Source: an uncultured Bacillota bacterium
GTDB taxonomy: Bacteria > Bacillota > Dethiobacteria > DTU022 > UBA8154
DNA: 64,000 nt
Direction of reading: 5' to 3'
Assembly (NCBI GenBank): GCA_937973635.1
Contig: CALJJZ010000035.1
Location: 10,812-74,811 of the forward strand
A program made the position numbers and the translations under genes. The notes beneath the pieces were generated by a model. The model searched no databases, was not told where the DNA came from, and saw only the letters and a list, made by a program, of their open reading frames with translations. Below, piece by piece: positions 18,003-27,717 of the stretch; within the stretch, counting starts at the first letter, position 1, and every line of letters begins with the position of its first letter.

Positions 18003-20024
18003 CTATTTTTTAAATTCGGCCGGCCTTTTCTCCAGGAAGGCGCTGATTCCTTCCTTTGCCGCCTCCGTGCAGGCAATTTTGCCAAAAGCTCTATAACCCA
18101 CGGCCAGGGCCGCAGCAAAGGAATCGGCGGCGGCGCCTTCTTCAATGGCCTGGGTAATAATGGCCACGGCTTCATCGCTCAGACGCAGCTTGCCCGCCAT
18201 AGGGTTCTCCAGAGGGGGCAGGGGATCAAGTTTCACCGGCGCATCGGGGATGCGCGGCACCGGTTTGCCGGCCATATTGTTTACCTCCGCCACTGCCAGC
18301 TTGATCAGGTCGGCATAGTTGTCGGCCAGGGCGGTAAAGATACCCAGCTGCTGCGCTTCCTCGGCCCCCAAGCGCCTGGCCTGGCGGATCATCTCGTGGA
18401 AAATAGCGGCGCCCTGGGGCCAGCGACGGTAGGGCACGATCATGCCGCCGATACCCGGCAGGATCCCTAGAGTAACTTCGGGAAGCTGGAGCACGGCATG
18501 CTTGGCCCCCACCAGTTTGTGGCAGCGCAGGGCCAGCTCAAAACCGCCGCCCAGGGCCATACCGTTTACGGCCGCCACTACCGGCTTGCTGCTCTGGTCC
18601 AGGTAAAGGAAGAGCTCCGAATGTTCTTCGGCATGCCTGATCGCCGCCTCCGCATTGCCGAGTACAGCAGGGAAGCCGCCGATATCGGCGCCGGCGCTAA
18701 AGGCGCGCTCGCCGTATCCGGTAATAACAAAACCCTTAACCGCGGGGTCGTTCTCAAATTCTTTAAGAGCGTCCAGGATTTCGGACATGACTTCTTTGCT
18801 GAGGGCGTTCAGGGCCTGGGGACGGCGGATGGTAATAATCTTCACTCCGTCTATCTCATCCACAAGGACATGGCGCCTGAACTGCTGGTAACGCTCGTAG
18901 CTCCCCTCCATGCCGGGATAACCGGGGCGGTCTTTCTGGAAGGTTTCAATAATCTGCGTCGTCTTCTCTTTGCCCAGGTCACGCATAATATCAAAGGGCC
19001 CCTTGCGAAAACCGAGGGCCAGCTGGCAGCCCAGGTTCAGGTCTTCCAGGGTGCCGATCCCCCTGTTGATGATATCGAAGGACTGGGAGAAAAGCACACC
19101 CAGGAGCCGGTTACGGACGAACTCCTTCAAGGCGGGGTCAATATCCACCTGCTGCCCCGGCTTGGGCGTAACCCACGTATCCACAGAACGGAGGATCAAG
19201 GCGGGAAGGTAGTGCTCTCCTTCTTCCATCTGCAGCGTGTTCGTCTCCACGATGATAGGGTTGCCCCTGGTCAGGTTGAGCACGAAAAAGGGGCCGGCAT
19301 AGACAAATTCCTGCGCCACCTTGTCGATCTGCACGGAAGTGGCCCTGTCCAGCAGGTAGGCGGCGTCATTGCACCAGTTATCAAAAATACGGTCCAGCAC
19401 AAAGCAGATGGCGTCCTGGGTAATGATGGGGACCTTCCCTATGGTGCAGAACATCCAGTTCAGGTAATCCACCACTTGCCGATCCGACTTCTCCCAGGTA
19501 ACGATCTCCAGGGCCGGGTTCTGGTGGGCCGGGCCAAAGAAGTGGGTAATGGTGGTACGCCCGGGCAGCTTGGCCTCGCTGAAGATGCGCGCTGCGGGGA
19601 TAGAGCTGGTGTTGGAGGTAATAATCGTGTCCTCCCGCACGATGCTCTCAATCTGGGCAATAATTTTGCGCTTAAGGGGCAGGTTTTCCGTAGCCGCCTC
19701 GATCACCAGGTCTGCGTCTTTGAGCTCGTTGTAGTCGGTGGTAAAAACGATATTTTGCCTTACCGCCTCGGCCTGCTCCGGGCTCATCTTCTTTTTATCC
19801 AGGGCTTTCTGCAGGTAAGTATCGTAACGCTTGCTGGCATTCTCCAGCTGCTTCTCCACCACGTCGATGAGAATCAGCTTGCCGTCGGGAATGGCGCTCT
19901 TCAGGAAATAACCGATATCGGGGCCGATCGTCCCCGCCCCTACCATGGCAAAGACCTTGGGCAGGGTTTTCTTTACCTCCAGCAGCAGGGGGTTGCGAAA
20001 GCCGGGGTATAGCTCCATTTTCAT
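18003..20024 (-). CDS. Fused 3-hydroxyacyl-CoA dehydrogenase (N-terminal) and enoyl-CoA hydratase (C-terminal)
   Basis: Start MKMELYP at 20024 after a GGAGGA RBS. N-terminal GxGxxG (MVGAGTIGPDIGYF) NAD-binding motif. The C-terminal crotonase fold (VAAVNGMALGGGFELAL) matches the enoyl-CoA hydratase signature. Confidence 0.75.
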   Translation of the reverse strand: MKMELYPGFRNPLLLEVKKTLPKVFAMVGAGTIGPDIGYFLKSAIPDGKLILIDVVEKQLENASKRYDTYLQKALDKKKMSPEQAEAVRQNIVFTTDYNELKDADLVIEAATENLPLKRKIIAQIESIVREDTIITSNTSSIPAARIFSEAKLPGRTTITHFFGPAHQNPALEIVTWEKSDRQVVDYLNWMFCTIGKVPIITQDAICFVLDRIFDNWCNDAAYLLDRATSVQIDKVAQEFVYAGPFFVLNLTRGNPIIVETNTLQMEEGEHYLPALILRSVDTWVTPKPGQQVDIDPALKEFVRNRLLGVLFSQSFDIINRGIGTLEDLNLGCQLALGFRKGPFDIMRDLGKEKTTQIIETFQKDRPGYPGMEGSYERYQQFRRHVLVDEIDGVKIITIRRPQALNALSKEVMSEILDALKEFENDPAVKGFVITGYGERAFSAGADIGGFPAVLGNAEAAIRHAEEHSELFLYLDQSSKPVVAAVNGMALGGGFELALRCHKLVGAKHAVLQLPEVTLGILPGIGGMIVPYRRWPQGAAIFHEMIRQARRLGAEEAQQLGIFTALADNYADLIKLAVAEVNNMAGKPVPRIPDAPVKLDPLPPLENPMAGKLRLSDEAVAIITQAIEEGAAADSFAAALAVGYRAFGKIACTEAAKEGISAFLEKRPAEFKK

Positions 20025-20165
20025 CTCTGTTCCTCCTTCTTCCTTCCTCATCTGTCTGCTCTGAAATACCGCAAGCAGCAATTTTTAATTTTACAGCCGG
20101 TTTACAGCCGGGGGTCAGGGAGCACTTTCACCCCCGGAGATGACAGCATGGGCAGGCCAGGCTGT

Positions 20166-21362
20166 CTAACAGGTCACCTTGACGATCATGCCAGCACCGG
20201 TATCGCCGGCAGCACAGCCGGTAAAGAGCCCATAACCGCCGCCCAGCAGCAGCAGCTCCTCGATCAGCTCGATGATGCAGCGCCCTGCAGTGGGCCCCTG
20301 CGGGTGGCCGAAGATCATGGAGCTGCCGTAGTTGTTGAAGGTCATGGGATCCAGGCCCATCTTTTTGGACATGTAAGCGTCGTTGGCAGCAAAGGGGTTG
20401 TGGGTTTTGATTGCCTTTATATCTTTAAGGGTTAACCCCGCATTTTTCAGGGTCATCTCCGCCGCCGGCACCGGCGCAGCAGCCATAAAACCTTTATCCA
20501 CCCTGCTGAAACCATAGGAGACAATCTGGATCTCCACGTTTTTGTCTGCACTCAGCTCCCGTGCCTTTTCCCTGGTGGTGACGATAAAAGCGCAGTTGCC
20601 GTCGGCGGGGTGGGTCTGGGAAGCAAAGGTGTGGACGCCGCCGGGGATGACCGGCTTGAGGGCGGCTATACCCTCCCTGGTAGAGGGGGTGATACCTTCG
20701 TCCGCTTCCAGGATACCCGTCTCCTTCTTGCTGATCTTGTATTCCACGGGAAACATATAGCGCTTTTGGAATTCCCGGTCGTTTTTCAGCGAATCCTGGT
20801 ACTGCTCATAGCGCCGGTAAGCGATCTCGTCACAGAGCTCTTTGGTGATCCCTTCCACGGAAGCGGCGGCGTTTTCCGCTGTCTTGATCATGGGCAGCCC
20901 CACCCAGGGGTCTGAGTTAAAATTGTCCATAAGCCAGTTTTCCGAGATTACCTCGCCACCCGGCCCCATGGGGTTGGGCCAGACCGTATGCGGGCCGTTG
21001 GAGCAGCGGTCCGTCATCAGGCAGAAGACCAGGCCCAGGCTGTCCGTCTCCACGCTCAGCGCCGCATAATTGAGGCAGGTGGTGGAGGTGGAGCAGGCCT
21101 GGGAGATATGCACCGCCGGCACCTTCTCTGCCCCCAGCATGGCCCCGGCCCAGGTAGAGGCATAAAAGGTATGGTGCTGCCCGATGGTCTTGCCAAAGAC
21201 CACGTATTCGATCATTTTAGGATCAAAGCCCTTGTGGGCAAGCCAGCGCCGGGCCGTCTTAGCTCCCAGCTCAATGGCGTTTTCGTTCTGCAAGCTGCCC
21301 TGCCAGCGGGAAAAGGGGGAACTGTAGTAACCGCGGAAAGGAATATACGCTTTTGTATACAT
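20166..21362 (-). CDS. Thiolase-family protein (acyl-CoA acyltransferase-like); probable start MYTKAYI at 21362
   Basis: About 400 aa with a thiolase-like fold (active-site-like QACSTS, C-terminal GCAAGDTGAGMIV). The upstream 66 codons of the ORF look non-coding. Confidence 0.6.
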   Translation of the reverse strand: MYTKAYIPFRGYYSSPFSRWQGSLQNENAIELGAKTARRWLAHKGFDPKMIEYVVFGKTIGQHHTFYASTWAGAMLGAEKVPAVHISQACSTSTTCLNYAALSVETDSLGLVFCLMTDRCSNGPHTVWPNPMGPGGEVISENWLMDNFNSDPWVGLPMIKTAENAAASVEGITKELCDEIAYRRYEQYQDSLKNDREFQKRYMFPVEYKISKKETGILEADEGITPSTREGIAALKPVIPGGVHTFASQTHPADGNCAFIVTTREKARELSADKNVEIQIVSYGFSRVDKGFMAAAPVPAAEMTLKNAGLTLKDIKAIKTHNPFAANDAYMSKKMGLDPMTFNNYGSSMIFGHPQGPTAGRCIIELIEELLLLGGGYGLFTGCAAGDTGAGMIVKVTC

Positions 21363-21608
21363 GAATCGATCAAACCTCCTTACAAAATAACTCGTGCAAA
21401 TGTTAAAATGCCGCTTTGCCCCAGCGCCCTGCACTACCGGGTGAACACCTCCTTTTGCGCAAGCCTGCAGGCGCTTTTGGGCCGGCGGCCCAAAACCTGT
21501 GTTTTTTGGCGACTCCGGGGGCAGAGATACACGCTTTAAAGGGAATTCGCCATCACACAAAACTTTTCCTGCTATTGATTCAAGATTTAGCCTTTTTCTT
21601 TTTGTTTA

Positions 21609-21617
21609 TGGTATAAT
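21609..21617 (+). promoter_or_regulatory. Extended -10 promoter element TGgTATAAT upstream of ltaE
   Basis: TG-N-TATAAT at 21609-21617, about 37 bp upstream of the ATG (21654), with an AGGAGG RBS at 21639-21644. Confidence 0.4.
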
Positions 21618-21653
21618 GCCCTAGGAATTTAAAGCACAGGAGGACCGACCTAA

Positions 21654-22724
21654 ATGGAGAAGATTGTGGACCTGCGCAGCGATACCGTAACCCTGCCCAC
21701 ACCGGCCATGCGGGAGGCCATGGCCTGCGCCGCCCTGGGCGACGATGTCTTCGGCGAAGACCCTACCGTCAGGCGCCTGGAGGAGGAAGGGGCAGCCCTC
21801 GTGGGCAAAGAAGCGGCCCTTTTCCTGCCGTCGGGCACCATGGGTAACCTGGTAGCCGTGCTCAGCCACACGGCAAGGGGGGACGCCGTCTTGCTGGACA
21901 GCGAGGCGCACATCTTCTATTACGAAGCCGGAGGGGCATGCCTAGCCGCAGGGGTGCAGCTCTGGCCCATTGAGGGGCTGCACCGGGGCGGCGCTGTGTT
22001 AAAGCTTAAAAGGGCGGTACGTCCGCCCGATATCCATTTTGCCCCGGCCCGCCTGCTCTGCCTGGAAAACACGCACAACCGCCTGGGGGGGATTGTAATG
22101 CTGCCCCAGGAACAGGAAAACCTTTACGCCTGCGCCCGGGAGCTGGGCCTTGCCGTCCACCTGGACGGAGCGCGCGTCTTCAATGCCGCCGCCGCCCTTG
22201 CCTGTCCGGTCACCGCCATTACCCGCCACTGCGATTCGGTGATGTTTTGCCTCTCCAAGGGGCTTGGCGCTCCCGTCGGTTCTATCCTGGCCGGCAGCGC
22301 CCCTTTTATCGCACGGGCCCGGCGCAACCGCAAACTGTTGGGAGGAGGTATGCGCCAGGCCGGCGTCCTGGCTGCAGCGGGGCTGCTGGCCCTGGAACAG
22401 CGCCATGCCCTGAGCACGGATCACCGCCGGGCCGCGGAGCTGGCCGCAGGGCTGTCCCGGCATAAAGGGCTGAAAGTGGACCCTTTCCCCCCGCCCACAA
22501 ATATGGTCTTTATCTCCACCGTCGATACGGGGCTCCCGGCGGCGGATTTCTGCTCCCTGCTGGCCGCAAAAGGCGTCAGGGCTATTCCCATGGACGAAAA
22601 GAGGGTGCGTTTCGTTACCCACCGGGACATTGACGACGCTGACATTAAACGCGTGCTGGAAAGTGTAAGCGCCATTATGGCAAACCTGCCCTCAGGGAGG
22701 CCGCCCCTGGGGCTTGAACTTTAA
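21654..22724 (+). CDS. ltaE: Low-specificity L-threonine aldolase
   Basis: N-terminal DLRSDTVTLPT, plus a PLP-fold match; 356 aa. Confidence 0.8.
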   Translation: MEKIVDLRSDTVTLPTPAMREAMACAALGDDVFGEDPTVRRLEEEGAALVGKEAALFLPSGTMGNLVAVLSHTARGDAVLLDSEAHIFYYEAGGACLAAGVQLWPIEGLHRGGAVLKLKRAVRPPDIHFAPARLLCLENTHNRLGGIVMLPQEQENLYACARELGLAVHLDGARVFNAAAALACPVTAITRHCDSVMFCLSKGLGAPVGSILAGSAPFIARARRNRKLLGGGMRQAGVLAAAGLLALEQRHALSTDHRRAAELAAGLSRHKGLKVDPFPPPTNMVFISTVDTGLPAADFCSLLAAKGVRAIPMDEKRVRFVTHRDIDDADIKRVLESVSAIMANLPSGRPPLGLEL

Positions 22725-22745
22725 AACCAAAGGCGGGCTTAGAGC

Positions 22746-23558
22746 TTAAATCATCCTTTCCCGCATGAGGATAAAGATAAAGCCTACGATCTCTTCCCGC
22801 AACCTCTCCGGAGCATCGATAAACTCCACCGCATGGCGAAAATGTACTGTGCGCTCCGGCTGGTACGGCCCCACCCATACTACTTTGCCCTTAACAAAGA
22901 GCGTCTTTTTCTTTTTCTTACTCTCTAAAAAAAGGGCCAGGAGCAAGACCGTGCCGATGGGCAGCCAGTGGGGCGCCACCAGCTGCGCCCCGCCCCCGCT
23001 GAGGTCCGCAATCATGGCTTTTCCTGGTTTTCCTAGCTGTTTTGCTAGTTTTTCCAGAGAACTGACCTCTACTTTTTTTTCTTTACGCAAGGGCTCCCCC
23101 GCTGCATTCTCTGCCTCTTCCTCCAGCTGGCCCCTTGCCGGCGCCTCTTCCCCTGTTGCTTTTTCCTGCTCCCCTTCTGCCTGCAGCTGTTCTTTTTCTT
23201 CCCAGGGTTTCTTCAAGATCCAGTAATGGGCGTCAAAGGAACAGGGAAAGCGGTAATATTCCCGGCGCTGCACCCTTTTGACCTCGTCAGGCCAACTGAT
23301 TATATAAAGAGAGACATTGCCGCTTTTTTTTAGGCCCAGGCAGCGGCTACTGAAGTACAAAAGGGTGTCCCTGCTGGAAAGGCGAAAATCCCATACGCTG
23401 TCTTCGGGCATAAAGAGCTGCTTCTGCCGGCGCAGGGGTACGCCGATAGCCAGATAGGACTCATTTACCTCCTGGATGATGCTCTTGTAATAGATATTGT
23501 CCCGCGGGTCATAGACCTCCAAGAGCATATTTTCACGAAACATCTCTTTAACGCCCAT
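22746..23558 (-). CDS. YcgR-like PilZ-domain c-di-GMP receptor (flagellar-brake type)
   Basis: N-terminal YcgR_N-like region, then PilZ motifs RREYYR ... DLSGGG. Start MGVKEMF at 23558. Confidence 0.55.
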   Translation of the reverse strand: MGVKEMFRENMLLEVYDPRDNIYYKSIIQEVNESYLAIGVPLRRQKQLFMPEDSVWDFRLSSRDTLLYFSSRCLGLKKSGNVSLYIISWPDEVKRVQRREYYRFPCSFDAHYWILKKPWEEKEQLQAEGEQEKATGEEAPARGQLEEEAENAAGEPLRKEKKVEVSSLEKLAKQLGKPGKAMIADLSGGGAQLVAPHWLPIGTVLLLALFLESKKKKKTLFVKGKVVWVGPYQPERTVHFRHAVEFIDAPERLREEIVGFIFILMRERMI

Positions 23559-23827
23559 TTTTTCCCTTCCCGTGCAAAGGATCGGGCTTCCGCCCAAGCA
23601 AAAAAATTCTTGCTTTAATATACCATAATTTGCTGCCTAATAACATAGACTTTTGCCCCACAGGTTAATATTCTTCTGAGCGGTGCCGCGGGGACAGTTT
23701 CAGCGTCACCGCAGGGGAAACGGTGCAACTGCCTCCACAGCTAGCGGTAACCCTTCCCCTTTCCCTTGCATAAGATAGCAAAGCCCTAGTTACGGGAATA
23801 ATTATTAAAAAGGGAGGAGGGGTTTCT

Positions 23828-25669
23828 TTGTGCGGTTTTTGCTGTCTGCTGCCGGAGGAAGGCCCTGTAGATGCGACTTTGCTTACGAGGATGAGGGACC
23901 TGATGCTGCACCGGGGCCCCGATGAGGGGGTAAATTACCTGGCCCCCGGCTTTGGCCTGGGGTTCCGCCGCCTCAGCATTATTGATCTGAGCACCGGGAG
24001 CCAGCCGCTCCATAACGAGGACGGCAGCATCTGCCTGGCCTGCAACGGCGAAATCTACAATTTCACTGCCCTGCGCCAGGAGTTAAAAAGGCGGGGACAC
24101 CGCTTCAGTACGGGCAACGACGCCGAGGTCATTGTGCACCTCTACGAAGAAAAGGGCGTTGCCTGCCTAGCCATGCTGCGCGGTATGTTTGCCTTTGTCC
24201 TCTGGGACGAGAAGCAGCAGCTGCTCTTCGGCGCCCGGGATCGCTTTGGCATCAAGCCGTTCTATTACCTGGAGACAAAAGGTCTTTTCGCCTGCGCTTC
24301 CGAGAGCAAAGCCCTGGCCGTCCTACCCCAGTTCTGCCGCCAGGTAGACAAGGGGGCCTTTATGGACTACTTGAGCTTCCAGTACGTGCCGGAGCCCCGC
24401 ACCCTTTTCCAGGGCGTTTACCGCCTGCCCCCGGCCCACTACCTCCTGAAAAGGGCGGGCAAACCTCTGGAGCTTAACCGCTACTGGCGGGTGGAGTTTG
24501 CTCCTGCGCAAAAACCCCTGGATTATTTTGTGGAAGGGGTACGAGAAAAGATGCGGGAAGCGGTCAAGCTGCACCTGCAAAGCGACGTGCCCCGGGGCGC
24601 TTTCCTTTCCAGCGGCATCGATTCAGCAATTATTGTCGCCCTGGCGCGGGAAAGGGAAAAAATCTCCACTTTCAGCGTCGGTTACAAAGAAGCGGCCTAC
24701 AGCGAGCTCCCCCAGGCCAGGCGGACAGCAGCGTACCTGGAGACAGACCACCATGAATATGTGCTCAGCCCCGAGGAGTTCCTGGAGCAGCTGCCCCGCC
24801 TGGTCTGGCACCTCGACGAACCGGTGGCGGACCCGGCAGCCATCTCCCTTTTTTTTGTGGCGCGGCTGGCCCGGCAGAAGATCACCGTGGCCCTTTCGGG
24901 AGAAGGGGCCGACGAAGTTTTTGCGGGCTACGGCATCTACCGGGAGCCTTTTGCCTTGGCCCCTTTTAAACAACTGCCCCCGTCCCTTTTCCGTTCCCTG
25001 GAGCTGCTGGCCGGCTTCCTGCCCACCGGGATGCCGGGCAAAAATCTCCTTGCCCGGGCCAGACAGCCTCTGGAAAAGCGTTTTATCGGCAATGCCTTTA
25101 TTTTTCGGCCAGAGGGAAAAAGCAGGATTACGCCCGTGCAAGGGCACCCCTCCCCTTACCGTATAACCGAGCCACTGTACCTTCAGGTTGCCCCTTTAGA
25201 CGAGGTAACGCGCATGCAGTACATAGATCTCCATACCTGGATGCCCGGCGATATTCTGGTAAAGGCAGACCGGATGACCATGGCCAATTCCCTGGAACTG
25301 CGCGTCCCTTTCCTCGACCACCATCTCTTTGAGTTCGCCGCCACCCTCCCTCCGCATTATAAAATCAAGGGGAAAAGCACCAAAAAGATCCTGCGGGAGG
25401 CCTTTAAAGACCTCCTGCCCGAAGCGGCCATCAGCCGGCCGAAACGGGGCTTTCCCGTGCCCACCCGGGAATGGCTGAAGCGGCGGGATTTTCAAAACTT
25501 TTTCCGGCAACTGCTGCAGGAAGAAGGCAAGGACTGGTTCAAAGAAAAGGCGGTGCAGCAGCTTTACAGCGCCCACACCGCCGGGAAAAACGACCACAGC
25601 CGCCGGCTGTGGACAATACTTATTTTTCTGCTCTGGCATAGGATTTTTATTTCCGGGAAAGGAGACTAA
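23828..25669 (+). CDS. asnB: Asparagine synthase (glutamine-hydrolysing)
   Basis: GTG start giving MCGFC (Cys2 nucleophile) after an AGGGAGGAGG RBS. It has a GATase-2 domain and an Asn synthase domain with SGGIDS. Confidence 0.85.
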   Translation: MCGFCCLLPEEGPVDATLLTRMRDLMLHRGPDEGVNYLAPGFGLGFRRLSIIDLSTGSQPLHNEDGSICLACNGEIYNFTALRQELKRRGHRFSTGNDAEVIVHLYEEKGVACLAMLRGMFAFVLWDEKQQLLFGARDRFGIKPFYYLETKGLFACASESKALAVLPQFCRQVDKGAFMDYLSFQYVPEPRTLFQGVYRLPPAHYLLKRAGKPLELNRYWRVEFAPAQKPLDYFVEGVREKMREAVKLHLQSDVPRGAFLSSGIDSAIIVALAREREKISTFSVGYKEAAYSELPQARRTAAYLETDHHEYVLSPEEFLEQLPRLVWHLDEPVADPAAISLFFVARLARQKITVALSGEGADEVFAGYGIYREPFALAPFKQLPPSLFRSLELLAGFLPTGMPGKNLLARARQPLEKRFIGNAFIFRPEGKSRITPVQGHPSPYRITEPLYLQVAPLDEVTRMQYIDLHTWMPGDILVKADRMTMANSLELRVPFLDHHLFEFAATLPPHYKIKGKSTKKILREAFKDLLPEAAISRPKRGFPVPTREWLKRRDFQNFFRQLLQEEGKDWFKEKAVQQLYSAHTAGKNDHSRRLWTILIFLLWHRIFISGKGD

Positions 25670-27375
25670 AATGTTTCAGTCCGCACATAGACACCCCGGC
25701 CCCGCAGGCTGCGTATCTCCGTCATCGTCGGTGAACCGGCACGGAGATCCAGGGGATTGTCCCCGATGACCAGCCAGGCAAGGTCGGGCAAGACGGTAAG
25801 GGGCGTGATACTGTTGATCTTGTTGCTCCAGGCATTGAGCGTGGTCAGGTTCGACAGGCCGGCCAGAGGCGAGAGATCGCCGATCTGGTTCCCCCAGCAG
25901 AAGAGGGTCACAAGCTCTCTCATCCCGGCCAGGACGTGCAGGCTGCTGATCTGGTTATTGGCAAGGTTGAGGGTGCGCATGTTTCTCATGGCGGCAAGGG
26001 CGCTGAGATCGCTTATCTCATTGCCGGCCAGGGAGAGCCAGCGCAGCTCCGTAAGGCCGGTCAGAGGCGAAATATCGCTTAAGCGGTTGTTATTGAGGGA
26101 AAGCCAGTTCAGGCTTTGCAATTCCGCCAGGGGGGTGATGTCGCTTACCTGGTTATAGCTCAGTTCCAGGCGCTGCAGCGCCGTCAGGCGCGCCAGGGGC
26201 GAGATGTCCCGGATATGATTGTTGGCCAGGGAAAGGGTACGCAGGTTGGTACAATACTCGATGCCGCTTAAGTCTTCGATCACCAGGCCGCTGGCCGTCA
26301 GTTCCGTCAGTCTGGCCAGTTCGGAACGGTAAAGCGGCCCTGTGGGCTTGTTCAGTTTGCTGCGTATTACCGCCAGCAGCTCCGCATCCCGGAATTCCAC
26401 GGGCAGATCGCGGAAAACTTCTACAATGGCCGTGGCCCGGTAAGTATGGAATGTTGCCGTAATCGTGGCCGTGCCGGGGGCAAGGGCCGAAATACGCCCT
26501 TCACGGACAGTGGCCACACTGGCGTTGCTTGTGGTCCACGCAGCCCGGCCTGCGGGGATGGCCTGCTGCTCCTGCCCCGTATAACGGGCCAGCAGGGTCA
26601 GCTCACCGCTCTCCCCCATCTCCAGGCTGAGCGTAGCCGGGAAGAGGGCAATACTGCTGAGGGACTCGTCAACATTGACGGTCACGCCGCCGGAAGCGCC
26701 CCCGTAAGTGGCCGTAATGACCGCGCTCCCCGGGCCTACGCCCGTAACCACTCCCCTCTCCACCGTAGCCACAGCGCTGTTGGAAGAACGCCAGGCCACC
26801 CCGGGCCCTTCCACCCTTTCCTGACCGCCCTCGGCCAAGTGTGCGATCACGGCCACCTCTCCCGTTTGCCCACTGCGCAGGGATAAATGGGCCGGCGTAA
26901 GGGTCAGGGCCGTGACGCGCACGGGTCCCCTGATACTGACGGTACGGGCAACGGGATCCCAGGCCGTTTCCGCCCCAAAAGCCTGGCTCACAAAGCGCAG
27001 AGGCACAAAGGTGCGCCCGCTTACAAGACGCGCCGGGACATCCAGCTGCTCCGGCCTGCCGTTAAGCAGGGTCGTTCTTTTGTCTATCTCCAGGACTACA
27101 ACCGTTTCCCCCCGGCTAGCCGTAACCGTCCTGGTCTGTCCGTCCCAGGCCACTGCAGCCCCCAGGGCGCGGAAAATAGCCGCCATGGGCACAATGACCC
27201 GCCCACCTTCGATAAAGGGCTCGGCCCCGTCAAAGGAGAGCCTCTCCCCGTCCACGTAAACCCTGATCGTATCGCCCAGGGTAATATTAATCCCGCCGGT
27301 AGCCGCAGCAGCAGGGTTAAGGATAAAGCAGAAAAAGAATAACAACAGCACCGTTGTCTTTAAGCCCCGTTTCAT
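25666..27375 (-). CDS. Secreted surface protein: signal peptide, Cu-amine-oxidase-N-like domain, two Big_2 Ig-like domains, C-terminal leucine-rich repeats
   Basis: Start MKRGLKTTVLLLFFF at 27375 after a GAGGAGG RBS. There are about eight 22-aa LRRs (LxxLxLxxNxIxDISPL) near the C-terminus (DNA about 25750-26300). Confidence 0.6.
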   Translation of the reverse strand: MKRGLKTTVLLLFFFCFILNPAAAATGGINITLGDTIRVYVDGERLSFDGAEPFIEGGRVIVPMAAIFRALGAAVAWDGQTRTVTASRGETVVVLEIDKRTTLLNGRPEQLDVPARLVSGRTFVPLRFVSQAFGAETAWDPVARTVSIRGPVRVTALTLTPAHLSLRSGQTGEVAVIAHLAEGGQERVEGPGVAWRSSNSAVATVERGVVTGVGPGSAVITATYGGASGGVTVNVDESLSSIALFPATLSLEMGESGELTLLARYTGQEQQAIPAGRAAWTTSNASVATVREGRISALAPGTATITATFHTYRATAIVEVFRDLPVEFRDAELLAVIRSKLNKPTGPLYRSELARLTELTASGLVIEDLSGIEYCTNLRTLSLANNHIRDISPLARLTALQRLELSYNQVSDITPLAELQSLNWLSLNNNRLSDISPLTGLTELRWLSLAGNEISDLSALAAMRNMRTLNLANNQISSLHVLAGMRELVTLFCWGNQIGDLSPLAGLSNLTTLNAWSNKINSITPLTVLPDLAWLVIGDNPLDLRAGSPTMTEIRSLRGRGVYVRTETF

Positions 27376-27717
27376 CTCTGTAACCTCCTCGTTCCAGCCT
27401 TGACGCCTTTTTAAAATCTTTCTACAGCGAGGGCCAAAATCCTGCACCGGCCCCCCTTTTCCCCTTCGCTGATTTTAAGGGCACCGCCCCATCTTCGCCA
27501 AAAACATGTTATAATAAACTTCGCCCGGACGAACCGGGCCGGGTCATGCCTTTGTGTTTGGATATTGCCGTGTAAAGAAGGGATCGTGCTGGTCGCCTTT
27601 TATCCCCTTGGTAAAAACGAACAGGTAATGCTAACAGCAACCGTGCTGCCCTCCTTGCTGGGAAGCGCCACGCCCGGCACAGGCAGTGCAGGGGTTTCCC
27701 CCCGGCCGGAGGGAAAA

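Noticed and set aside
18498-20012. 504-aa plus-strand ORF
   Set aside because: It is antisense to the FadB-like gene. It has a Gly/Ala/Arg-rich composition typical of high-GC antisense frames, with no motifs.
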